Shown here one piece after another: positions 56,939-64,000 of a stretch of DNA of 64,000 nucleotides (the stretch's first letter is position 1; each line of letters begins with the position of its first letter). The position numbers were made by a program, and so were the translations under genes. The notes under the pieces were generated by a model that saw only the letters and a list, made by a program, of their open reading frames with translations, was not told the DNA's origin and ran no database searches. This DNA comes from an uncultured Clostridia bacterium (GTDB taxonomy: Bacteria > Bacillota > Clostridia > Christensenellales > UBA1242): positions 3,505 through 67,504 of the forward strand of contig CAKVHA010000005.1 of NCBI GenBank assembly GCA_934747775.1, in the 5' to 3' direction.

Positions 56939-57843
56939 TGGGATTTTTCAAAAAGATTTTTAGCGGTCTTAAAAAAACTAAGGACGCTATTGCTAGTAAG
57001 CTTAGTGCCATATTTGTGGGCGAACTTAATGACGAGTTTTATGAAGAGCTAGAGTATGTTTTAATTAGTAGCGACATTGGAACGGAAGCAACCGAAGAGA
57101 TTATAGAAAGCGTAAAAAAGCAAGCAAAAAAACAAAAGGTGAAAACCGAAAAAGATTTTTACGAACTTTTAAAAAATGCTATGTGTGAAATTCTTACAGC
57201 CAACGATTATGATGACGAATATCCAAAACTTATTACTTTTGTTGGCGTCAATGGTGTGGGAAAAACCACAACAATTGGAAGGCTTGCAAACTACTACAAA
57301 ACGCAAGGGCATTCGGTTTTGCTTGTTGCTGGCGACACATTTAGAGCCGCAGCAACCGAGCAGCTTACCGAATGGAGCAAGCGAGCAAAAGTGCGTATTG
57401 TAAAATATGGCGAAGGTGTAGACCCAGGCAGTGTGGTGTTTGACGGCGTAAAAAGTGCTGTTGCTAAAAAAGAAGATGTTGTGCTAGTTGATACAGCGGG
57501 CAGGCTTCACACAAAGTCCAACCTTATGGAAGAACTTAAAAAAATAAATAAAATTATAGAAAAAGAGTGGACTAGCTTGGGTTATGTTCACGAAAACTAC
57601 TTGGTTATTGATGCTACAACGGGTCAAAACGCACTTACACAGGTGGAAGAGTTTAACAAAGCTGTTGGCTTGGACGGCATTGTGCTTACTAAATTAGACG
57701 GAACAGCAAAAGGCGGAGTTGTGTTTGCAATTGCAAAAGAGTACGGGCTTCCTATAAAATTTGTGGGCGTTGGCGAAGGCTTGGACGATATTATTCCATT
57801 TAATGCACGCGATTTTGTAGACGGACTTTTTGCTAATGATTAA
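56938..57843 (+). CDS. ftsY: Signal recognition particle receptor FtsY
   Basis: GVNGVGKTTT, DTAGR, TKLDGTAKGG. Confidence 0.95.
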   Translation: MGFFKKIFSGLKKTKDAIASKLSAIFVGELNDEFYEELEYVLISSDIGTEATEEIIESVKKQAKKQKVKTEKDFYELLKNAMCEILTANDYDDEYPKLITFVGVNGVGKTTTIGRLANYYKTQGHSVLLVAGDTFRAAATEQLTEWSKRAKVRIVKYGEGVDPGSVVFDGVKSAVAKKEDVVLVDTAGRLHTKSNLMEELKKINKIIEKEWTSLGYVHENYLVIDATTGQNALTQVEEFNKAVGLDGIVLTKLDGTAKGGVVFAIAKEYGLPIKFVGVGEGLDDIIPFNARDFVDGLFAND

Positions 57844-57939
57844 TACTATTTTAAGTTGTTTAAATACTAAAATTTAATTATATTTGTCAATATTATTTGT
57901 TTTGCAATATAAAAAAACTAAAATACTTAAAAATAACTG

Positions 57940-57968
57940 TTGACAAGTTAGTGTTAATAAGATATAAT
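57940..57968 (+). promoter_or_regulatory. Consensus sigma-A promoter of ylxM-ffh
   Basis: TTGACA-17 nt-TATAAT. Confidence 0.7.
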
Positions 57969-58003
57969 GGTGTAAAGTAAAAATACTTTACACCTTATTT
58001 TTT
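57969..58003 (+). terminator. Terminator hairpin abutting the ylxM promoter (probably terminates smc-ftsY read-through)
   Basis: 11-bp perfect stem ggtgtaaagta-aaaa-tactttacacc followed by TTATTTTTT. Confidence 0.6.
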
Positions 58004-58013
58004 AGGAGTTATG

Positions 58014-58307
58014 ATGAGTTTAAGTAACATTGTTGTTATAAACAACTTGCTTGATATTTATGGCAAGTTTTTAACACAAAAACAACTAAAAATTATGGAT
58101 TATTATTACAAACAAAACTTGTCACTATCCGAAATTTCCGAACAACTTGGCATTACAAGACAAGCGGTTAATTTTAGTTTAAAGCATTCGCTAGACACAT
58201 TAAATGAGTTTGAAGAAAAGTTGCATTTGGTGGAAATTAAGGAAAAGTTAATAAAAAGTGACAATGCCGAACTAAAAAATTTTATATTATCTAAGTGGGA
58301 GGATTAA
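58014..58307 (+). CDS. ylxM: UPF0122 / YlxM helix-turn-helix protein
   Basis: LLDIYGKFLTQKQLKIMDYYYKQNLSLSEISEQLGITRQAV. The start may be 58011 or 58014. Confidence 0.85.
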   Translation: MSLSNIVVINNLLDIYGKFLTQKQLKIMDYYYKQNLSLSEISEQLGITRQAVNFSLKHSLDTLNEFEEKLHLVEIKEKLIKSDNAELKNFILSKWED

Positions 58308-59632
58308 TGGCTTTATTTGGAAGTTTAAGCGAAAAACTATCGCACGTGTTTTCTAAGATTACAAAGCGCGGAACACTAACCGAACTTGAAATAAAAAATG
58401 CAATGCGTGAAATAAGAATTGCGCTACTTGAAGCCGATGTTAACTTTTTAGTTGTTAAAGATTTAGTTGCAAAAATGACCGAAAAGTGCTCGGGCGAACG
58501 CGTTATGAAAAGCCTTACACCAGGGCAGCAAGTTGTTAAAATTGTAAACGAAGAACTTACAGCTCTTATGGGTAGCACAAATAGCAAACTTGCAGTTGCT
58601 AGCAATCCGCCAACAGTTATTTTGATGTGTGGTCTTCAAGGTGCGGGTAAAACCACAATGTGTGGTAAACTTGCAAAATATCTTAAAAAGCAAGGCAAAA
58701 AACCGCTTTTGGTTGCGTGCGATATTTATCGTCCAGCTGCAATTAACCAGCTTAAAGTTGTTGCAAAATCGGTTGATGTTGAAGTGTATGACGAAGGCAC
58801 AAACAAACCAGCAAAAACTTCGGCAAACGCAATTAAATATGCACTTAAAAAAGGTTATGACACTGTAATTATTGATACAGCAGGTAGGCTTCATATAAAC
58901 GAAGAGTTAATGGACGAACTTAATGAAATTAAAAAAGCCGTTAACCCAACCGAAATTTTGCTTACTGTGGATAGTATGACAGGTCAAGATGCGGTTAATG
59001 TTGCAACAACATTTAACGAAAAACTTGACATTACTGGCGTAATTCTTACAAAACTAGACGGCGATACTCGCGGTGGTGCAGCACTTAGTATTAAGGCTGT
59101 TACAAATAAGCCAATTAAGTTTTGCGGAACTGGCGAAAAAATGGACGATATTGAGCCATTCTATCCCGACCGTATGGCTAGCCGTATTCTTAATATGGGC
59201 GATGTGCTTACTCTTATTGAACGCGCGCAAGAAAGCATTAACGAAGAAGAAGCTAAGAAAATGGAAAAAAAACTAAGGGAAAATAGTTTCACCTTAGACG
59301 ATTATTTGGTTCAGTTTTCACAGCTTAAAAAAATGGGAAACATTTCCGAACTTCTTAATATGATTCCGGGCGCTGCAAAGTTAAAATTAGACGAAAATAG
59401 TGTAGACGAAAAAACATTAGAGCGAAACAAAAGCATTATTTTAAGTATGACAAAAGCCGAACGCGAAAATCCAGACATAGTGAAGGGTAGTCGAAAAAAA
59501 CGTATCGCAAACGGCAGCGGAACAACCATTCAAGATGTTAACATTTTGTTGAAACAATTTTATCAAGCTAAAGATATGATAAAAATGCTTAATGGCAACA
59601 AAAAGTTTGGAGGAATGAAGTTTCCATTTTAA
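58307..59632 (+). CDS. ffh: Signal recognition particle protein Ffh (SRP54)
   Basis: GLQGAGKTT, DTAGR, TKLDGDTRGG and an M domain. ATG at 58307 follows a GGGAGG RBS. Confidence 0.95.
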   Translation: MALFGSLSEKLSHVFSKITKRGTLTELEIKNAMREIRIALLEADVNFLVVKDLVAKMTEKCSGERVMKSLTPGQQVVKIVNEELTALMGSTNSKLAVASNPPTVILMCGLQGAGKTTMCGKLAKYLKKQGKKPLLVACDIYRPAAINQLKVVAKSVDVEVYDEGTNKPAKTSANAIKYALKKGYDTVIIDTAGRLHINEELMDELNEIKKAVNPTEILLTVDSMTGQDAVNVATTFNEKLDITGVILTKLDGDTRGGAALSIKAVTNKPIKFCGTGEKMDDIEPFYPDRMASRILNMGDVLTLIERAQESINEEEAKKMEKKLRENSFTLDDYLVQFSQLKKMGNISELLNMIPGAAKLKLDENSVDEKTLERNKSIILSMTKAERENPDIVKGSRKKRIANGSGTTIQDVNILLKQFYQAKDMIKMLNGNKKFGGMKFPF

Positions 59633-59746
59633 TAGCGTAGTTTAATACTATGCAAAAATACAAATTAATTAGTTTTTTAGCCTTTTTTGATAGCGAAGAG
59701 CTATATAAAAAAAGTTTATATATTAAAACAAAAGGAGAAAATAAAA

Positions 59747-60043
59747 ATGGCAGTAAAAATTAGACTTACTAGACTTGGTGACAAACATTCACCTTTTTAT
59801 AGAATTGTAGTAACTGATTCTAGAAAATCAAGAGATGGTGAATACCTAGAAAAACTTGGTACTTTTAACCCTCTTACAGACCCTGTTCAAGTAGTTTTAG
59901 ACGAAGAACGCACTAAATACTGGCTTGGCACTGGCGCTCAACCAACCGAAACTGCACGTACAATTTTGGTTAACAAGGGTTTATTAAAACCTATGGCTAA
60001 AAGAGCACCTAAAACTGACAAAAAGAAAAAAGAAAACAAGTAA
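59747..60043 (+). CDS. rpsP: 30S ribosomal protein S16
   Basis: MAVKIRLTRLGDKHSPFYRIVV. GGAGA RBS. Confidence 0.95.
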   Translation: MAVKIRLTRLGDKHSPFYRIVVTDSRKSRDGEYLEKLGTFNPLTDPVQVVLDEERTKYWLGTGAQPTETARTILVNKGLLKPMAKRAPKTDKKKKENK

Positions 60044-60055
60044 TGTAGGTGAACT

Positions 60056-60298
60056 ATGGAAGAATTAGTAAAGTACATTGCGTGTGCGCTTGTTGGAAAC
60101 GATAATGTTACCGTTACAACAACTAAGGAAAGCGACAAGGTGAGTATTATTACTGTTAGCGCAACTAAAGAAGATATGGGCAAAATTATTGGCCGTAACG
60201 GAAAAGTTGCTAATAGCATTCGTACACTTGTTAAATCCGCATCTTTAAAATCGGGCATTAGATATATCGTTAAAATAAACGAACTAAGCCAAAACTAA
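60056..60298 (+). CDS. KH-domain RNA-binding protein (YlqC/UPF0109)
   Basis: GKIIGRNGKVANSIRTLVK. Confidence 0.85.
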   Translation: MEELVKYIACALVGNDNVTVTTTKESDKVSIITVSATKEDMGKIIGRNGKVANSIRTLVKSASLKSGIRYIVKINELSQN

Positions 60299-60327
60299 AA
60301 GAGCAACATATTTGCTCTTTTTTTATT
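60297..60327 (+). terminator. Rho-independent terminator or attenuator
   Basis: Hairpin aagagcaa/ttgctctt followed by T8. Confidence 0.7.
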
Positions 60328-60374
60328 GAGAAACCGCTTTAATTGTGTTATACTAATTTTGTTAGGAGAAAATT

Positions 60375-60869
60375 ATGGAACAATTAGGAGTTATTACAAA
60401 ACCACAAGGATTAAAAGGGGAGTTTAGAGTAAACACAGGCTTTTACGACTTTACACCGCTTAAAAAACTAAAAAGCGTGGTTGTAAATAATGTTGAATAT
60501 AATGTTGAAAAGGTCGTTTTGCGCGATAGTTTTGTTGTGTTAAAACTAAACGGCATAAACACTTGCGAGCAAGCAGAAGAATTACGCAATGTTGCAATTT
60601 ACGCCGATTTAAAGCCATTTTTGGGTAAAGACGAAGTGTTTGTAAAAGACATTATTGGTTTTGACCTTATAGGAAAACAATCAAAACTTAAAATAGGTAC
60701 ATTGTTGTCGGTTGACGATTATGGAAAATCGGAAGTGTATAATGCCGAATTTAACGGCAAAACTTTTTCGTTTCCAAACGCTAGGAATGTGCTTGTGAAA
60801 TTTGATATGGATAAAAAACAAATTATTGTAGATGAATTTGTTTTGCAAGAAATTAGGGTGGACGACTAA
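60375..60869 (+). CDS. rimM: 16S rRNA processing protein RimM
   Basis: GVITKPQGLKGEFRV and a PRC barrel. Confidence 0.9.
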   Translation: MEQLGVITKPQGLKGEFRVNTGFYDFTPLKKLKSVVVNNVEYNVEKVVLRDSFVVLKLNGINTCEQAEELRNVAIYADLKPFLGKDEVFVKDIIGFDLIGKQSKLKIGTLLSVDDYGKSEVYNAEFNGKTFSFPNARNVLVKFDMDKKQIIVDEFVLQEIRVDD

Positions 60870-61540
60870 TGAAAATAGATATTCTAACAATTTTTCCAGA
60901 AATGTTTGCGCCGCTAAAAACCAGCCTTATTGGCAAGGCTGTGGAAAAAAATGCGGTTGAAATAAACATTATTGATATTCGTCCATTTTCAGCCGAAAAA
61001 CACAAAAAAACTGACGACTATCCCTTTGGCGGTGGCGACGGAATGGTTATGACTCCACAACCGCTTTACGATGCAATTATGAGTGTAAAAGCACCTAATT
61101 CGCACGTAATATATATGTCGCCAAAGGGCAGAGTGCTAACCCAAAACATTGTTAAAGAGTTTGCCGAAAACTACGAACACCTTGTGCTTGTTTGCGGTCA
61201 TTATGAAGGAATAGACGAGCGAGTAATAGAACTTTGTGTGGACGAACAAGTTAGCATAGGCGACTATGTTCTAACTGGTGGCGAAATTCCAGCAATGGCA
61301 CTTACTGACGCAATTTTGCGCTATATTCCTAATGTTTTGCATAATTTGCATAGCACTGCCGACGAGAGTTTTAGCGATAATTTATTAGAATATCCGCAGT
61401 ATACGCGTCCACGCGAGTTTATGGGACTTAGTGTTCCTGATGTGCTAGTTAATGGCAACCATAAGGAAATAGATAAGTGGCGTGCAGAACAAAAAATAAT
61501 TCAAACCAAAAAATATAGACCAGATTTACTAAATAAATAG
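60869..61540 (+). CDS. trmD: tRNA (guanine37-N1)-methyltransferase
   Basis: ILTIFPEMF...GHYEGIDERV...GDYVLTGGE. Confidence 0.95.
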   Translation: MKIDILTIFPEMFAPLKTSLIGKAVEKNAVEINIIDIRPFSAEKHKKTDDYPFGGGDGMVMTPQPLYDAIMSVKAPNSHVIYMSPKGRVLTQNIVKEFAENYEHLVLVCGHYEGIDERVIELCVDEQVSIGDYVLTGGEIPAMALTDAILRYIPNVLHNLHSTADESFSDNLLEYPQYTRPREFMGLSVPDVLVNGNHKEIDKWRAEQKIIQTKKYRPDLLNK

Positions 61541-61559
61541 TTTAAGTTAAGGATAATTT

Positions 61560-62447
61560 ATGATAATTCAGTGGTTCCCAGGGCATATGAATAAAGCCCT
61601 AAAAATGATGCAAGAAGAAGTTAAAAAAGTAGACGCGATAATTTATGTGTTGGACGCGCGTGCGCCTTTTTCGTGCGTTAATCCTAAGTTTACAAGCATA
61701 ATTGCCGATAAACCTATCATTTATGTTTTCAATAAATCCGACATAGCCGATATGGAAAAAGTTAAGGTTTGGGCGGACTATTTTTCAAAACCAAACACTC
61801 GTTGCATTATTTTAAACAGCACCGCAAGTGGCAGCTCATCTAAAATCACAGTTGCAATGAAAAGCCTTTTAAAAGACAAAATTGAAAAATACGCCAAGAA
61901 AAATGTGTCGTTAATATTGCGAGCTATGATAGTTGGAGTTCCAAACTCTGGCAAAAGCACGCTTGCAAACAACTTATGCGGCAAAAGCAAAGCAAAGGCT
62001 GAAAATAGGGCAGGCGTAACTCGTAGCAAACAATGGATCAAAATTGATAACAACATCGAAGTTTTGGACACTCCAGGCACATTGTGGCCAGCGTTTAACA
62101 ACAATCAGGTTGCACATCATCTTGCATACATTGGCAGCATTAAAGAAGATGTTTTGGATATCCCAGAACTTAGCCTAGATTTTATTGCCGATATTGTAAA
62201 ATTAGACAAAACAATATTGGAAAACAGATATTCTGTTTCAATTAGCGAAGAAGATACTCCGCTTGAAATTTTAGATAAAATTTGTGTTGCACGCAAATAT
62301 GTAATGCGTGGTGGAGATATTGATTATGATCGCGGCAGTGCGGCACTTATTAGTGATTTTAAACAAGGAAGGCTAGGAAATATCACGCTGGAAACCGTAA
62401 AAGATATAAGGCGCTTATCCAAGAAAGATAAAAAGGAAGAAGACTAA
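61560..62447 (+). CDS. rbgA: Ribosome biogenesis GTPase A (YlqF)
   Basis: IQWFPGHM, circularly permuted NKSD...GVPNSGKST...DTPG. Confidence 0.92.
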   Translation: MIIQWFPGHMNKALKMMQEEVKKVDAIIYVLDARAPFSCVNPKFTSIIADKPIIYVFNKSDIADMEKVKVWADYFSKPNTRCIILNSTASGSSSKITVAMKSLLKDKIEKYAKKNVSLILRAMIVGVPNSGKSTLANNLCGKSKAKAENRAGVTRSKQWIKIDNNIEVLDTPGTLWPAFNNNQVAHHLAYIGSIKEDVLDIPELSLDFIADIVKLDKTILENRYSVSISEEDTPLEILDKICVARKYVMRGGDIDYDRGSAALISDFKQGRLGNITLETVKDIRRLSKKDKKEED

Positions 62448-63043
62448 TGCTAGATTTTGAGCAAAAGTACTACGATAGTGGCTATACTCTTGTTGCTGGC
62501 ATAGACGAAGCAGGGCGCGGCCCGCTTGCTGGTCCAGTTTGCGTGGCAATAGTTATAATGCCGCAAGAAAACATAATAGATGAAATAAACGACAGCAAAA
62601 AGCTTAGCGAGAAAAAGCGTGAAATGCTGTATGAAAAGATTATAAACACCGCAATTAGCTACGATATTGAATTAATAGATGAAAAAATGATAGATAAGGT
62701 TAATATTTTAAATGCCACAAAGCTAGGAATGTTAAAGTGTATTCAAAATATTCCTGTTATGCCCGAATTGGTGCTAATAGACGCGGTTAAAATAGACACC
62801 GATGTTCCTACAGTTAGTGTAATTCACGGCGACGCACTTAGCTACAACATTGCCGCAGCAAGCATTCTTGCAAAGGTTACACGTGATAGGCTTATGGTGG
62901 AACTGGACAAAAAATATCCAGAATATAACTTTAAAAAACACAAAGGCTATGGTACAAAAGAGCATATAGAAGCGCTAAAAAAGTATGGCAAATGCGAAAT
63001 CCACCGCGATAGCTTTATTGGTCATTTTGTGGGTGAAAAATGA
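62447..63043 (+). CDS. rnhB: Ribonuclease HII
   Basis: GIDEAGRGPLAGPV and DSKKLS. Confidence 0.93.
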   Translation: MLDFEQKYYDSGYTLVAGIDEAGRGPLAGPVCVAIVIMPQENIIDEINDSKKLSEKKREMLYEKIINTAISYDIELIDEKMIDKVNILNATKLGMLKCIQNIPVMPELVLIDAVKIDTDVPTVSVIHGDALSYNIAAASILAKVTRDRLMVELDKKYPEYNFKKHKGYGTKEHIEALKKYGKCEIHRDSFIGHFVGEK

Positions 63044-63378
63044 ATAAAATAGTAGGGTTAAAAGGCGAAGTTGAAGCTAAAGAGTATTTAGAAAGCATAG
63101 GATATGTGGTGGTTGAAACCAACTACAAAAATAAAATTGGCGAAATAGACATTATTTGTAAAGATGGCGATGTGTTAGTGTTTGTGGAAGTAAAGCGCCG
63201 CGAAAGCCTAAAATTTGGCTATCCGCGTGAAGCTGTAAACTACCACAAACAACAAAAAATCCGCAATGTTGCGGCTGGATATTTAAAATATAAAAATCTG
63301 TATGAAAAATGTGCAGTCCGTTTTGATGTGATAGATATAATAGGGGACAACCTTACGCATATAAAAAATGCATTTTAG
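63040..63378 (+). CDS. yraN: YraN family (UPF0102) endonuclease-like protein
   Basis: GEIDIICKDGDVLVFVEVKRR. Confidence 0.85.
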   Translation: MNKIVGLKGEVEAKEYLESIGYVVVETNYKNKIGEIDIICKDGDVLVFVEVKRRESLKFGYPREAVNYHKQQKIRNVAAGYLKYKNLYEKCAVRFDVIDIIGDNLTHIKNAF

Positions 63379-63430
63379 TTAATAAATACGCACTTTTTGA
63401 CATAAAATATAATAAATTTTAAAAAAACAC

Positions 63431-63459
63431 TTGCTATTTATCTGCTGTTGTGATAATAT
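63431..63459 (+). promoter_or_regulatory. Sigma-A type promoter of rplS
   Basis: TTGCTA-17 nt-TAATAT. Confidence 0.55.
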
Positions 63460-63465
63460 ATCGTA

Positions 63466-63534
63466 GTGACTTCGGATGGTCCTCTGTGATTTTATGGTTG
63501 CACGAACATCAAGTAAATATAGGAGGTAAAGTCA
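63466..63534 (+). promoter_or_regulatory. Candidate L19 ribosomal-protein leader
   Basis: About 70-nt UTR between the promoter and the GGAGG RBS, with pairing potential (gtgacttcgg...ctctgtgat). L19 leaders are known in Firmicutes. No covariance model was run. Confidence 0.3.
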
Positions 63535-63879
63535 GTGACACTTATTCAAGCTTTAGAAAGAGAAAATTTAAAACCAGAAATTCCTGAATTTAACGTTGGT
63601 GATACCGTTAAGGTTTATTGCAAAATCGTAGAAGGTACCAGAGAAAGAATTCAAGTTTTCGAGGGTGTTGTTATTGCTAGAAAAAACTCTAGTGTAAGAG
63701 AAACTTTTACTGTAAGAAGAATGTCTTTTGGCGTTGGCGTTGAAAAAACTTTCCCTATCCATTCCCCAAGAGTAGATAAGATTGAAGTTGTTAAACGCGG
63801 TAAAGTAAAACGCGCTAAATTGTACTATTTAAGAAATCTTACAGGTAAAGCAGCTAATATTAAAGAAAAACAAAACTAA
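63535..63879 (+). CDS. rplS: 50S ribosomal protein L19
   Basis: [36 protein letters not shown] start after a GGAGG RBS. Confidence 0.93.
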   Translation: MTLIQALERENLKPEIPEFNVGDTVKVYCKIVEGTRERIQVFEGVVIARKNSSVRETFTVRRMSFGVGVEKTFPIHSPRVDKIEVVKRGKVKRAKLYYLRNLTGKAANIKEKQN

Positions 63880-63916
63880 TTATTTACCTGAATTAAATTT
63901 TAATAAGGAAATAAAA

Positions 63917-63945
63917 AGGAATGTAGTTTTTACATTCTTTTTTTG
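63917..63945 (+). terminator. Rho-independent terminator after rplS
   Basis: Hairpin ggaatgta/tacattct followed by T7. Confidence 0.75.
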
Positions 63946-64000
63946 CCCCTTATTTACAAACTAAGTCAAATTTCGACATTGTATTTATGCACATTTTAAA

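Noticed and set aside
63968-63980. The 13-mer aaatttcgacatt is shared between 18018-18030 (islet right end) and 63968-63980
   Set aside because: 13-mer matches are expected many times by chance in a window of this size, and there is no supporting context.

Overview
AT-rich, gene-dense chromosomal segment of a low-GC Firmicute, probably an endospore-former because yqfC, yqfD and ylbJ homologues are present. I call about 65 CDS, 3 complete tRNAs and 2 tRNA 3' fragments. I see no rRNA, no CRISPR array and no transposase or integrase. Much of the window is housekeeping and syntenic with three B. subtilis regions. The yqf block is nfeD-floA-yqfC-yqfD-ybeY-era-yqzL-recO. The ylb block is rsmD, ylbJ, ylbK/patatin, ylbM/tmcAL, rpmF and plsX. 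The ylx/ylq block is rnc-smc-ftsY-ylxM-ffh-rpsP-KH-rimM-trmD-rbgA-rnhB-yraN-rplS. Other core genes are malQ (truncated at the left edge), cysK, a monoacylglycerol-lipase-like/glpK/glpA-like/DUF1667 glycerol cluster, the rplU-prp-rpmA operon, ogg, ppdK and pta-ackA. Accessory material lies between these blocks. (1) The top candidate is an orphan 688-aa protein (21854-23920) with two R-x4-H HEPN RNase motifs, a Cas13-like dual-HEPN layout with no CRISPR array, translationally coupled to rsmD and a Smr-like gene. (2) A 2.55-kb islet with an ABC-2 transporter sits in the 3' end of tRNA-Lys(CUU), bounded by a 15-bp direct repeat. (3) A relic duplication of the tRNA-Ile 3' half. (4) Two paralogous membrane-anchored HExxH-type proteins flank a DUF4116-repeat protein. 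(5) A 1469-aa secreted M60-like (enhancin-type) metalloprotease has discoidin and Pmp-repeat beta-helix modules. (6) A gene 3' remnant and small orphan ORFs downstream of ppdK resemble an orphan toxin-CT/immunity arrangement. All functional calls come from reading motifs in the translations by eye. No database search was run.
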